Made by a program: the position numbers and the translations under genes
Notes under the pieces: generated by a model
What the model saw: the letters and a program-made list of their open reading frames with translations, nothing else
What the model was told of the DNA's origin: nothing
The model's database searches: none
Shown: one piece after another, positions 1-10,189 of the stretch
Position numbering within the stretch: position 1 is the first letter of the stretch
Layout of the letters: each line of letters opens with the position of its first letter
IMG/VR virus record: IMGVR_UViG_3300027971_002004
Span: 1 to 58,257 of that record
Source: a virus
Lineage: Duplodnaviria; Caudoviricetes
DNA length: 58,257 nucleotides
Reading direction: 5' to 3' (one strand)

Positions 1-1
1 C

Positions 2-640
2 GGGAATATATTTGTTCCCCCAGACATAGATATAAGGAGGACTATTAGGATCTGGTCTCCATGTCATGTCGAATCTAGTTTTATCAATTGGTTGAACTTC
101 TACCCATTTGTCTAGTTTGGGTAACAACTCTATTAATTCATTCATATATTTTATATGAATAGCGTCTTTTACATGATACTCTACGACCGAGCTAATTTCT
201 GGTGGGAATAATTTACAACCCCATTTGTATATATAAGGTGGATCAGTTGGATCTGGGTGCCATGAGAAATCAAATTTAGATTCATCAATTGAGTCAAGTA
301 TTATCCATGAATTTGATTTTTCATTGCGACGTTGTAGCGGATTTACGTCTGCACGATAAAGTGATAAGGGCAATTCATTGGTAGTATTACACAGCCAAGT
401 ACCTGAATCTTTTTGGTGTTGGCTAGGCCAAATGTTGATATGTTCTTCAGCCCATACATCTTCATCAGGTAAAAACTCAAAATCAAAATCCCAATCGAAT
501 TTTCGATAATCACAATATTCATTGATTATCCAAAAATGTTCTGTGGTGCACTGTTGTCTAGCGTCAGCTAAATTAAGTGCGTGTTTTTCTCTAGGGTGGG
601 CGTTTGGTTTATTACCGTAATAAAATACATCTCTTAGCAT
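2..640 (-). CDS. Repeat-containing, possibly glycosyltransferase-related protein, 3'-truncated by the window edge (not in ORF track)
   Basis: Manual translation from ATG at 640: MLRDVFYYGNKPNAHPREKHALNLADARQQCTTEHFWIINEYCDY..., open to the edge. Contains two copies, 67 aa apart, of IDxxxFDxxWxPDPxxPPYIYxWG. ATAAGTA box at 646-652. Confidence 0.8.
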   Translation of the reverse strand, partial: MLRDVFYYGNKPNAHPREKHALNLADARQQCTTEHFWIINEYCDYRKFDWDFDFEFLPDEDVWAEEHINIWPSQHQKDSGTWLCNTTNELPLSLYRADVNPLQRRNEKSNSWIILDSIDESKFDFSWHPDPTDPPYIYKWGCKLFPPEISSVVEYHVKDAIHIKYMNELIELLPKLDKWVEVQPIDKTRFDMTWRPDPNSPPYIYVWGNKYIP

Positions 641-678
641 AATTATACTTATGCAATAATAAGCATGTTATAAAGTTT

Positions 679-1374
679 TTATCTACCGTCAACTGTTCCC
701 ATAGGCACAGTAGTCCACATTACTATAGCTCTTTTAGTTGTTATACCATTATCAAAAAAGTAATCGCTAGTATGGAACTTTGCTCTGGAAGCGGCTGACA
801 AGTCACCCTTCTTCCACGGGAATATTTGTTCTATACTTAAATATGGCACCTCTTCGGTCATTACTACTTTTTTTAAATATTTGTTAAATGTTTCTTCACT
901 GATACTATTTAAAATTGGAGGATTTGTTTGTTCAATCCAATCAACAACCGTTTTAATATGTAATGCTTCCTGATCAAAAATAATAGTGTTTGAATTATAA
1001 TCGGCTAGTGGAATAATAAAAGTCCAAGCAGGTGTCATCCCCTCACCGGGTATTATTGTGTACTCTACGCCGGGTTCATTTGATGCATCAGTGTGTATAC
1101 TATACGGGTGAAAACTTTCTAAAATATGACAATCATCAATGAAAATGTCTTTGTGAAAGTGTTGTTGTAGTTTAGGCAAAAGTATTTCTTTTAGTCTAAC
1201 ATGGGTATCATTATAGATTCTGAAATCCCATATGTTTGCCATTTTAAATGTGCCCTTGACAGTTTCATTAATATCTACATTTAATGTTGTCATTCCCTTA
1301 GTATGCATATCTTCTATTTCTGTGATTTCGTCATCAGAGAGAAAGTTATGTATGGTTCTAGTATCAATTATCAT
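679..1374 (-). CDS. Putative 2OG-Fe(II) oxygenase superfamily protein
   Basis: N-terminal NFLSDDEI, HxD motif (SIHTD), FIIPL strand, WKKGD, distal His (FHTS) and a C-terminal KRAIV Arg, the typical DSBH layout. Confidence 0.65.
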   Translation of the reverse strand: MIIDTRTIHNFLSDDEITEIEDMHTKGMTTLNVDINETVKGTFKMANIWDFRIYNDTHVRLKEILLPKLQQHFHKDIFIDDCHILESFHPYSIHTDASNEPGVEYTIIPGEGMTPAWTFIIPLADYNSNTIIFDQEALHIKTVVDWIEQTNPPILNSISEETFNKYLKKVVMTEEVPYLSIEQIFPWKKGDLSAASRAKFHTSDYFFDNGITTKRAIVMWTTVPMGTVDGR

Positions 1375-3418
1375 TTATAACCTCTCCTATTTCCTCCCAT
1401 TTACCGGTACCTATATAATGATAGTTAAATGAGAAATCAACATCTTTGTATTGTTCAAGCATTCTTTCTATTTTTGCTTCTTTTTCGCTAGGTATTTGAG
1501 GAGTTTTAACGTGTTTAGCTATGCGTTCTGCAATAAAAGTATTACTTGATGTTTTTTCAAGATTTTTCCACTTTGATCTGCTCCAAGCATGTTGGGGTTG
1601 TTTATAATCTAATTCAAAGTCTGCACTCCAAGTACCATCTTCTTCTATACTAAAATTGTAAACAGCAGTAAAATCATAATCTACCGAACTTCCATATTCT
1701 GCAAAATCTTCATCTTTGTTATAATGAATTCTTATATCGTACTTTCCTAGTATGTGCCAAAATATTCTAAGAACAGGAAATATATCATTTATCAATGAAT
1801 CAGCAAATGCTCCTTTGCCTGTCTGAATAATATTAAAATTCATATTTTCTTCAAGTTCAAGATTTACTTTTCTTTCATTTATTTTATCATAATTTATTTT
1901 ATAAAAATTGCCAATTGTAGGTCGCAATGCGGCTATGTTAAAATCTAAGAAATCATGTCCTGACACTTGAATTTCTTTAGCCCAATGTACTAATATGTCT
2001 AATCCTTTTCGTTTAACTAATGAATGGACTTTAGTATTATTGTAGTTAGTACAAATACTATTACCCAAATAACAAACATCGATTAGATCGTATCTTTCAG
2101 TGTCTTGTGTAATAATGGCATTGGTATCAAACCAAAACATATTAACGCTTACACATGCCATTGTTCCTGAAGGTAACAAATTCCAATTCAATACTAATGT
2201 TTCATAATAATTATATGCTGATTCAGTAGGAAATCCTACAAACCATAAACCAGTATGACGCATTCCCACTGCACCACTATCTTCTACATTTGCTAACACA
2301 TCTGCCACAGTAATTTTTTTGTTAATGTCCTTTAGTACTTTATCTGAACCTGATTCAATACCTAGACCAAATCCATAGCATCCAGAATCTTTTAATGTTT
2401 GCAGATACTCTCTATCCATTCGTTTATCACATCTGGCTAAACCATTCCATATAACCTTTACATTATTATCAATAAGACCTTTAGCAAAAATTAATAATTG
2501 TTTAAGATCACCGTTGACTAAACTATCAACAAAGTTAAGTTCAGTTATCTTATATGTGTTATATAACTCTATAATCTCATCAAGTAAAGCAAGACCTGAT
2601 CTTTCTCTAAACTTCCAGTAGTGTGTTTCATTACAGAATACACATTTAGCAATACATCCTCTACTGATTTCAATATCGATACCTTTTGATCTATATAGAT
2701 CAAAATCATAATCTCTGTAATTAGATGCAGGCATATTATCAAGGCTGGCTCTGACTTCGCCCTTTTCAATTAATAATTTATGACCTAATCTAGGAACATT
2801 ATTTTCAACTTCATCTAGTATTTTTAATAAAAGACTTTCACCTTCACCTGCAACGGTATAATCATATGGCTTTGACAACAAATGATTTTCATTCCATATG
2901 TTAGCTATAATATTAACTCCACCGACTATTATAACAATCTCTGGTAATTCAGCCCTGATCTTGTTTACTAACCAGTCCATAGGAAGTTCGTTGCAATAAT
3001 ATTGTGTAAATCCTACTATAGTAGGACGTAATTTTTTAATACGTTCAAAACAATCTAAAAGATGTTTTTCTAAATGGGGATGTATATCTTGATGATAATT
3101 AGGATATATCCATTTCCAATCTCGATTAGTATGCCAAGGATCGTAATCTAGTCCCCAATTTACATGGTCGTTATGGGCAACAATATTCATATCAATGCTT
3201 GTAGTTTTATAACCGTTTGCTTCTGCTAATGCTGATAACCTAGCTAGATTATAAGGAGGACCTCTGATTGACCAAGAAGGGATTAAAACAAATACTATAC
3301 TTGTCTTTTTAGTAATTTCAATGGGTTGTGCTTCTATATTTGAAGGCACAATTTCATCAGTCCTCTTTACAGTGGACTCCATACTTGCAACTTTGTGTAA
3401 TAAATTATCTGACCACAT
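1364..3418 (-). CDS. Cobalamin-binding (class B) radical SAM enzyme
   Basis: N-terminal B12-binding-like region (PPYNLARLSA, IVGFT, IIVGG, GEGE), EISRGCIAKCVFC CxxxCxxC, GIESGSDKVL, FVGFPTE. Confidence 0.88.
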   Translation of the reverse strand: MWSDNLLHKVASMESTVKRTDEIVPSNIEAQPIEITKKTSIVFVLIPSWSIRGPPYNLARLSALAEANGYKTTSIDMNIVAHNDHVNWGLDYDPWHTNRDWKWIYPNYHQDIHPHLEKHLLDCFERIKKLRPTIVGFTQYYCNELPMDWLVNKIRAELPEIVIIVGGVNIIANIWNENHLLSKPYDYTVAGEGESLLLKILDEVENNVPRLGHKLLIEKGEVRASLDNMPASNYRDYDFDLYRSKGIDIEISRGCIAKCVFCNETHYWKFRERSGLALLDEIIELYNTYKITELNFVDSLVNGDLKQLLIFAKGLIDNNVKVIWNGLARCDKRMDREYLQTLKDSGCYGFGLGIESGSDKVLKDINKKITVADVLANVEDSGAVGMRHTGLWFVGFPTESAYNYYETLVLNWNLLPSGTMACVSVNMFWFDTNAIITQDTERYDLIDVCYLGNSICTNYNNTKVHSLVKRKGLDILVHWAKEIQVSGHDFLDFNIAALRPTIGNFYKINYDKINERKVNLELEENMNFNIIQTGKGAFADSLINDIFPVLRIFWHILGKYDIRIHYNKDEDFAEYGSSVDYDFTAVYNFSIEEDGTWSADFELDYKQPQHAWSRSKWKNLEKTSSNTFIAERIAKHVKTPQIPSEKEAKIERMLEQYKDVDFSFNYHYIGTGKWEEIGEVINDN

Positions 3419-3421
3419 ATA

Positions 3422-4516
3422 TTAAAAAGGTTTATAAATTTTAGGGTAATTAGTTACTTCTGGCATATTTAATACTTCAAGTAATCTAGCGTATCTTGGA
3501 GAAGTCTCAAGCCAAACTGCTTTGTCTCGGAATAGAAAGTCAGGCATATGATCTCCTTGTAATATCGGGTGTATGTGAATCATCGGTAAATTATCCGGGT
3601 ACTTATATGCTAACCTAATTAATTCCGGAATAGATTCAAAATTATCTTCTTGTAATACTACAATCCAGGCCCAATCTACAGTATTGTCAGGGTGCTTTAA
3701 TCTAGATTCATATAGATAATCTAAGTTTTTCCACAATGTAGCCCAATGACCACCAAGCCTAACCTTATCATAGCTTTCTTCATTTCCTGCATCAATACTA
3801 ATCTTAACAATTTTTGTTTGAGTAAACAAAGTCGCATGTTTGTTTTGCATTTTCTCAGTCATTAATACGCCATTGGTTAATAGAGTATATCTTAGATTAG
3901 GCCATAGTTCTGGATTTGTAAAACACTTTCTAGTTTCAAATTCATGTCTATATATACTACTACTGAAAATGTCACCAATACCATCTATTTCTAAATCTAC
4001 TCGGTGATCATGAGGTTGTTCAAATAAAGAATCAAGTACTGATCCTATAATTTTTGCGGCTTTTTCACGTTGTTCACCCAAGAATGTTACCTTTTCTACT
4101 CTACATGACGGGCAATATAAATTACAAGTACCGTCTACTGATAGATTGATTTCAGTAGGTAATGCGTTAATTGTAGTATTGAATGTTTCTTTTAAGGGAA
4201 ATTTTTCAGCATGATGAATAAAATGGCATACTTTTTTGTCGCAATATTTGTAAGAACTATCAAGTATAGATTGTCTAATTAAGTTAGCCTTCTTGCCTGA
4301 CCAAATTTCTTGAACACTTTCTGTTAATACATTTCCGATTACCGCAGGTAACCATTGGGGACAACATATTATTACATCACCGTTCTGAAGAACCATAATC
4401 TTACGAAAAGGTTCGGGGCATACCCTACCCGTCAAAGAGGGCAATTTACTTACATCATTTTCATCAAAGTCTTGGTAATATAAATCACCAAATACCGGGT
4501 CAGATAGTTTTTTCAT
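3422..4516 (-). CDS. Radical SAM enzyme with N-terminal SPASM/twitch domain
   Basis: CPEPF...NGDVIICC...IGNV...EIWSG...C..C, then CNLYCPSC, LLTNG, ISIDAG, YDKVR. Confidence 0.87.
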   Translation of the reverse strand: MKKLSDPVFGDLYYQDFDENDVSKLPSLTGRVCPEPFRKIMVLQNGDVIICCPQWLPAVIGNVLTESVQEIWSGKKANLIRQSILDSSYKYCDKKVCHFIHHAEKFPLKETFNTTINALPTEINLSVDGTCNLYCPSCRVEKVTFLGEQREKAAKIIGSVLDSLFEQPHDHRVDLEIDGIGDIFSSSIYRHEFETRKCFTNPELWPNLRYTLLTNGVLMTEKMQNKHATLFTQTKIVKISIDAGNEESYDKVRLGGHWATLWKNLDYLYESRLKHPDNTVDWAWIVVLQEDNFESIPELIRLAYKYPDNLPMIHIHPILQGDHMPDFLFRDKAVWLETSPRYARLLEVLNMPEVTNYPKIYKPF

Positions 4517-5859
4517 ATATCTTTATTTATCTTTGCAAACGACGGGGTACCTGCAGCCGGATGCCATGACAACTCTGGAAAAGTTTTAAGAAAATTAGTA
4601 CCACGTGCCTCATCTAATTTGTTGAACCATTCACTTGATGAATCATGATTAATAATCACTGGCTCATCAATTGCTTTATGAAATCTCTCTATATTATCAT
4701 GTAATGTTGTTATTGCAGATTCCCTAACACTAACATTCTTTAACGGAACCATTACATCAACATACCATTCTTGAAATTCACGCAAGCTAGTATGTAGGAA
4801 TTCTTTCCATTCAGGCGTAGCACATGATATCGATAAATGTTCAGGGTGCATCAAAATTATATTATGAAAATCACATTCCCATTCAGATGAATCATAAAAG
4901 GTACTTGATAACAGTTTTTGCTCAGTTATAAATTCTACCATTTCTTTCATACGATGTGTGTTCATAATACTCCATGTAGGAGTCAATGTCCATTTTTGTC
5001 GTTCACCGGTTAACGCATTATTTAACCTATGTAGATTTTTTACTATTGTATCTAATTCTAACGGATAGCGAGAATAGTGAAGTCTGTCTCTATCTACTTC
5101 ATCCATACTTACTAAAATCTTTAATTTTTTAATACGAGCCCAATACTCCAACACATCAATATCTTTATATTTTAAAGAAGTTAAATTAGTACTGTAGCAA
5201 AAATGAGTACCATCATCAAATTTTCCGGCTTCATCCATTGCTTTTAATATAGCAAAATGTTCTGGTTGAATTAATGGTTCACCTCCAGCTAAGTATACGT
5301 CATCTGCATATTTGGCTTGAGATTTAATAGTATTAATAAACTTTTCCTTGTTGATTGAACTTGTGTTAAATTTTTCTGTCGTGGCGTTTAGTGGCCACAT
5401 CTTGTTAACAACATCTACCCAAGCACTGCTATATTTTGTACTACAAGGTGTACATGCTAGATTACATAAATTACTAAATCTAAAATCCCATCTGTAAATT
5501 TTCATTTCTTTCATGGAACCATCTTCTTCAGTACCTTCTTCAACCAATTCTTCGTATTTTTTTCCATACAAGTTATTGTAGAAATTTCTTATAGTATTTG
5601 TATTGCCCCATTCTTCTTCCTTAAGGCATCTATCACAATTCTTAGCGGGTATTTCATTTAGCATATTTTTTCTAAATGTTTTGTAATTATCATTATTCCA
5701 TATTACTTCAATTTCATCTTCATACAGATTACCCATTGGTTTTCCAATTGCCGCAATACAACATGGTTGTATATCGCCGTTTGGCATATTATGAACATGC
5801 ACCCAAGGTGCCATGCAAAATACTTTACTCTCTTTTAATCTAAATTCTTTGTTTGACAT
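4513..5859 (-). CDS. Radical SAM enzyme with N-terminal SPASM/twitch domain
   Basis: FCMAPW...NGDIQPCC...GNL...IWN...CDRC, then CNLACTPC, AGGEPL, YSTN. Confidence 0.88.
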   Translation of the reverse strand: MSNKEFRLKESKVFCMAPWVHVHNMPNGDIQPCCIAAIGKPMGNLYEDEIEVIWNNDNYKTFRKNMLNEIPAKNCDRCLKEEEWGNTNTIRNFYNNLYGKKYEELVEEGTEEDGSMKEMKIYRWDFRFSNLCNLACTPCSTKYSSAWVDVVNKMWPLNATTEKFNTSSINKEKFINTIKSQAKYADDVYLAGGEPLIQPEHFAILKAMDEAGKFDDGTHFCYSTNLTSLKYKDIDVLEYWARIKKLKILVSMDEVDRDRLHYSRYPLELDTIVKNLHRLNNALTGERQKWTLTPTWSIMNTHRMKEMVEFITEQKLLSSTFYDSSEWECDFHNIILMHPEHLSISCATPEWKEFLHTSLREFQEWYVDVMVPLKNVSVRESAITTLHDNIERFHKAIDEPVIINHDSSSEWFNKLDEARGTNFLKTFPELSWHPAAGTPSFAKINKDI

Positions 5860-5887
5860 ATATTAATATTTCTCGGTTGTATTTATT

Positions 5888-6586
5888 TTATAACCATAAT
5901 GGAGTTTTAATGATCCTACCCTGATCATTTACACGTGGCATATGAAATTTTGTCAGAGTCCACGGTCTATAATCTAATGTACCTACAGTCTTTTTTATTA
6001 AGCGAACACATTTGCCATGAAATGTAATCTCTATTTCTTTGTCTATAGCAAAATCAACAAATGCTCTGTAAATATGACAATGAGTAATATCATCACCAAA
6101 TATAAAGCCTCCTTCTGGCAAAAGATCCCAACAATAATTTAAATTATCTATTGTATCATCGTACATATGATTTGTATCTAGTAATATTCCAGATATAGGT
6201 TTTATACGTAAACTTTTACAATCTCCGGTATACAAAACAATATTACTAAAATCTTCTACTTGTAACTGTTGTACTGTTAGTAGATCGTTAACACTTAATT
6301 CAGGAAAATCAATACGATCTCTGAGGTCTACCATCATTGGATTATCCTCTGAAAAGGCAGTTGCAAAGTCATTTAAATCTATAGTATGTATACACATATT
6401 AGGTAATGCTTTGGCAAACATTACGGCTGTTCCTCCAATTAAGGTACCCAATTCTAGTATGTGTGATCCCGGGGGTAGTGTCGATAAACTCTCAATCATC
6501 CATTGTACATCCCAGGGCGGAATTGCTGAAAATGGCGTATCTAACAATTTTTGTTTTATATAACTTCTCTGCTCATCCGTTAGCAT
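5888..6586 (-). CDS. Class I SAM-dependent methyltransferase (Methyltransf_24-like)
   Basis: ILELGTLIGGT motif I, HTID, LLDTNH.YD, LPEGGFIFGDD. Start moved to ATG 6586 (MLTDEQ) to avoid a 130-nt overlap. Confidence 0.82.
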   Translation of the reverse strand: MLTDEQRSYIKQKLLDTPFSAIPPWDVQWMIESLSTLPPGSHILELGTLIGGTAVMFAKALPNMCIHTIDLNDFATAFSEDNPMMVDLRDRIDFPELSVNDLLTVQQLQVEDFSNIVLYTGDCKSLRIKPISGILLDTNHMYDDTIDNLNYCWDLLPEGGFIFGDDITHCHIYRAFVDFAIDKEIEITFHGKCVRLIKKTVGTLDYRPWTLTKFHMPRVNDQGRIIKTPLWL

Positions 6587-8888
6587 ATATAGGTATTTCT
6601 TTTTTCTTTTTATAATGTATTGATTCTTTAGTTTGTATTGAATCAGTTTTCCAATCAGATACATTTCCTTGTTTCTCAAAAACTTCAGTAAAGCTTTGGT
6701 CAAGTTTAGCTCGTTCTAATGCATAATGTTCTTTATTAATTTCTTCTAAAGTATCATGGTCAAACGTATGACTAACAGATATGTTATAATCTCCGTTAAC
6801 ATCTATTGACATTTTTACTTTAGCAGTATATATACACGTAATTAGTCCACCAAATGTTTCAAAGTCAGTTATTGGATCACATGTAAATTCAAAATCATAC
6901 TTACCATAATAAATGTACAATGCATACGCAAACGCAAAATATTCATTGATGACAGTCTTACTTAGTGTAGTATCACCACACTGATTAAAATCTACATGTG
7001 AATCATATTCTAAATATTCTGTTTTTGGATCATTGTGTACATTAAATGTGTAGAAATCTTTTATTACATTATATCTCTGTGAATTTATAGCAACACTATC
7101 AGAATGGTCTTTAATTATTTCTAACCAAATATGAAATAATTTTAATCTGACAAAACGATGTATTAATGTGTTTTTATAATCAGTGGTATACCATTGTTTT
7201 AAGAATACATTATCCCATGGTCTTTCAGTCCATTGAATACCATACTTTTGCCAAGCAGTGTCCAAATCACTCTTGTGACTAGGACTAGCTCCAAAGCCCG
7301 GACTAATAGCAGTAACCCATTTCCTACAATTATATATTAATTGAAGGCTATGAAATGCATCAATAGGTTCTTCAGTTGGGAAACCTACCATCCAATTAGC
7401 ATGATTAAACATACCTATCTTTTTACCATTTCTGAAGTTATCTTCTATTTCCCAAACTTTAATTTTCTTCTTCATGTCGTCAAGTACTTTTTGACTACCG
7501 CTTTCTACTCCAAAGCTTAAAGCTGAACAACCGCTATCAGATATTTTTTTGAATACTTCTTCAGTCATTCTACCGTCACATCGGGCGTAACTATTCCAAC
7601 GAATTTTCCACGGCTTTTCTATTAGTAAATCAAGTAATGTAACAAAGTTCTTTATATCACCGTTAGCAAGACTATCGACAAACCAAAAATGTTTAATTCC
7701 ATACTCTTGAACTTGATGTTCGATTTCCTCAACTACTCGCTCAGGAGTAGTGCTTCTAAATTTCCAAAAATGTGTCTCTGTGCAAAAACTACATTTTGCA
7801 ACACATCCCCTGGATGTTTCAATACTAGCACCGGACATCAAATAATTAGATAATACATAATCGCTATAATCAGGGTAAGCATATACATCCAAGTCTAGTC
7901 TGCTATCAACTGATCCTACTATTTGATTCAATGGGTATTCTTTTGGAAGAGTCTCTAATGTATATAAAAGTGTTTCTTCTGCTTCACCTACAAAGATATA
8001 GTTGAATATATTTTTTGCATCACTATCAAACCAATATGATCCTGTAATTGTTTCAGGGCCTCCCACAATAAAACAAATATCGGGTACTAATTCTTTGAGA
8101 TATTTGACTAATACCATTGTAGCGAAATAATTTGTTATGTATAAACTAAAGCCAACAACTTTGACTCTTGAAAATGCAATTTCTTCAGCTATACGATACA
8201 ATATCGGCTTTAGATCAGGTAAAATATATTTGTCAAAGTTGTCTTTATCTTGCCATAGAAAATAGCGTTCTGATTTCCAATAATCTTCGCCATGTTCTTT
8301 TAAGAAATAGTGATAAGCTTCAATATTAATATCATAGGATTTGACACTATACCCATTTTTTCTAAGTGTCCCTGTTAATTTAGAGAGGTTATAAGGAGGA
8401 AATAGTATTCCCCATGAAGGAGCCATCACCATTGCAATTCTAAATTTATCTGTCTTTGCCCACGGCGTGTCTGAGTATACTTGTATGAATTCATTTACCC
8501 CATTTACTTCAGGACCGTTTTCTTTTAATAAATGTTTTGAAACAATTTGATCTCTATCACCATATACTTGTTTTTTAGCTTCTTCTTCCAGGTCAGATAC
8601 TTCACTGAGCATAAGGTGAATCTGTTTACGTTTATTTCTTAAATCTATTAATTCAGGTCCACTTAGTTCTGGAAATCTACTAAAGGCAATTTGTATATAT
8701 TCATCAGGACAGTTTGGATTCAATACAGCGGCTCTGGCTACAGACGAATCAACTTCATCCGCACAGAATGCTCTGAGTAACCATAATGGACAGGTCTTTT
8801 CAGTTGCTAAGATTGACCTATCATTGGGGTGAAGTGCTAAGACTAATCTGTCTTTATATTGTTGATCCAATTCAGGTGAGTAGTTCAT
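6573..8888 (-). CDS. Cobalamin-binding (class B) radical SAM enzyme with N-terminal LRV-like helical repeats
   Basis: PPYNLSKL, VVGFS, IVGGPE, GEAE; ETSRGCVAKCSFC; GVESGSQKVL; MVGFPTE. Likely start ATG 8888 (MNYSPE), 2 nt after the upstream stop. Confidence 0.88.
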   Translation of the reverse strand: MNYSPELDQQYKDRLVLALHPNDRSILATEKTCPLWLLRAFCADEVDSSVARAAVLNPNCPDEYIQIAFSRFPELSGPELIDLRNKRKQIHLMLSEVSDLEEEAKKQVYGDRDQIVSKHLLKENGPEVNGVNEFIQVYSDTPWAKTDKFRIAMVMAPSWGILFPPYNLSKLTGTLRKNGYSVKSYDINIEAYHYFLKEHGEDYWKSERYFLWQDKDNFDKYILPDLKPILYRIAEEIAFSRVKVVGFSLYITNYFATMVLVKYLKELVPDICFIVGGPETITGSYWFDSDAKNIFNYIFVGEAEETLLYTLETLPKEYPLNQIVGSVDSRLDLDVYAYPDYSDYVLSNYLMSGASIETSRGCVAKCSFCTETHFWKFRSTTPERVVEEIEHQVQEYGIKHFWFVDSLANGDIKNFVTLLDLLIEKPWKIRWNSYARCDGRMTEEVFKKISDSGCSALSFGVESGSQKVLDDMKKKIKVWEIEDNFRNGKKIGMFNHANWMVGFPTEEPIDAFHSLQLIYNCRKWVTAISPGFGASPSHKSDLDTAWQKYGIQWTERPWDNVFLKQWYTTDYKNTLIHRFVRLKLFHIWLEIIKDHSDSVAINSQRYNVIKDFYTFNVHNDPKTEYLEYDSHVDFNQCGDTTLSKTVINEYFAFAYALYIYYGKYDFEFTCDPITDFETFGGLITCIYTAKVKMSIDVNGDYNISVSHTFDHDTLEEINKEHYALERAKLDQSFTEVFEKQGNVSDWKTDSIQTKESIHYKKKKEIPIYANG

Positions 8889-8890
8889 TT

Positions 8891-10189
8891 TTATTTTCTC
8901 GTATAATTTAATGCTTCGGCTAGCCAAGGAACGGTATCAGCAAGGTCTTGATTTCTATAATTATCGGTCCATTTGATTATCTCTATTGCTCTAGGTAAAA
9001 GCTGTGATGAATCTTTTTCATTCATATAGTCAATTATACTATAAATGTGTTCTTTAATAAAGGGAACATTAGATTTAGCAACGTATTCATCATACAGTGC
9101 GGTTATCTCTTTTTTTGTTGTTTGTGGTAATATTTGAACATTTAGCCAGTCTGGGCCTACTAATCTATGCCACATTAATTTATGATGGAAACGTTTAAAG
9201 TTAGCAGTATTGTGATACCATTCTATCATTTCAATAAAATGCTTTATATTAAAAATATTAACGGTTACATTTGTAGTACAGTAGAGTTGCGGGATATCCG
9301 CATTATCTAATTCATACATATGTTGCTTAATCACTTCCCATTTAGAAGGATATCTTATATAATTAGCCATATCGTCCATGCCATCAATACTAAAACAGAC
9401 AATAACTGATTGGAAATGTTTCCATTGATTTAATAAATTCTTATTCAATGTAGTACCATTGGTATTGTATTCTAATGTAATGTTTTTTGCAAAATCATTT
9501 TCGATACAGTAATCTAAAATTTCATAGTGTTTTTTATTGATTAGAGGTTCTCCGCCAGTAAAGTAGATTCTATTCAATGAGGGTAAAATTTGCTTGATAT
9601 CATCATTGAATTTTGGAGTATCGTAGTACTGGAAATCATCACCCTTAATTTTGTATGTGTTGGCTACCTTTTCAATTTCGTAAGGTGTATTTATTTTACC
9701 AAACTTAAATTCAGTAGTGCCACGCTCATACGTTTCTTCAATCCACAATGAACTATCGCCCGGGCCGCACATGCGACAAACAAGATTACATAAATTACCC
9801 AAACGAGAATCTAAATATTCGATAGGAAATTCAGTAGTATCTATTTTACCGCTAGCATCTGGTTGTTCTAATATTTTATTCAATGTGTCTTTATAGGCGT
9901 GCTGTTGTTGTTGACGTTTAGATACTAATCCAAGATCCTCTTCATCCCAGCAGAGTTTACACAAATCACTTTTCTCACCATTCAACATACTGCGGCGCAA
10001 TTCAACAATTGTAGGATGATTTCTCACTTCATTAAAATTATCCGTTAGTGCGCTAACTGCTTTCCCGTCAGTAAGCATTCGTCCACCAGAGGTATATATA
10101 CACTGGCAACAAATTCCATAATCTCCATTTTGGTAAGTTGCTTGATGATTCCATGGAATCGTACAAATTGTATTCTTTTTTTCACTCAT
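8891..10189 (-). CDS. Radical SAM enzyme with N-terminal SPASM/twitch domain
   Basis: ICTIPW...NGDYGICC...CKLCW; CNLVCRMC; FTGGEPL; YNTNGT; FSIDG; YIRYP. Confidence 0.88.
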   Translation of the reverse strand: MSEKKNTICTIPWNHQATYQNGDYGICCQCIYTSGGRMLTDGKAVSALTDNFNEVRNHPTIVELRRSMLNGEKSDLCKLCWDEEDLGLVSKRQQQQHAYKDTLNKILEQPDASGKIDTTEFPIEYLDSRLGNLCNLVCRMCGPGDSSLWIEETYERGTTEFKFGKINTPYEIEKVANTYKIKGDDFQYYDTPKFNDDIKQILPSLNRIYFTGGEPLINKKHYEILDYCIENDFAKNITLEYNTNGTTLNKNLLNQWKHFQSVIVCFSIDGMDDMANYIRYPSKWEVIKQHMYELDNADIPQLYCTTNVTVNIFNIKHFIEMIEWYHNTANFKRFHHKLMWHRLVGPDWLNVQILPQTTKKEITALYDEYVAKSNVPFIKEHIYSIIDYMNEKDSSQLLPRAIEIIKWTDNYRNQDLADTVPWLAEALNYTRK

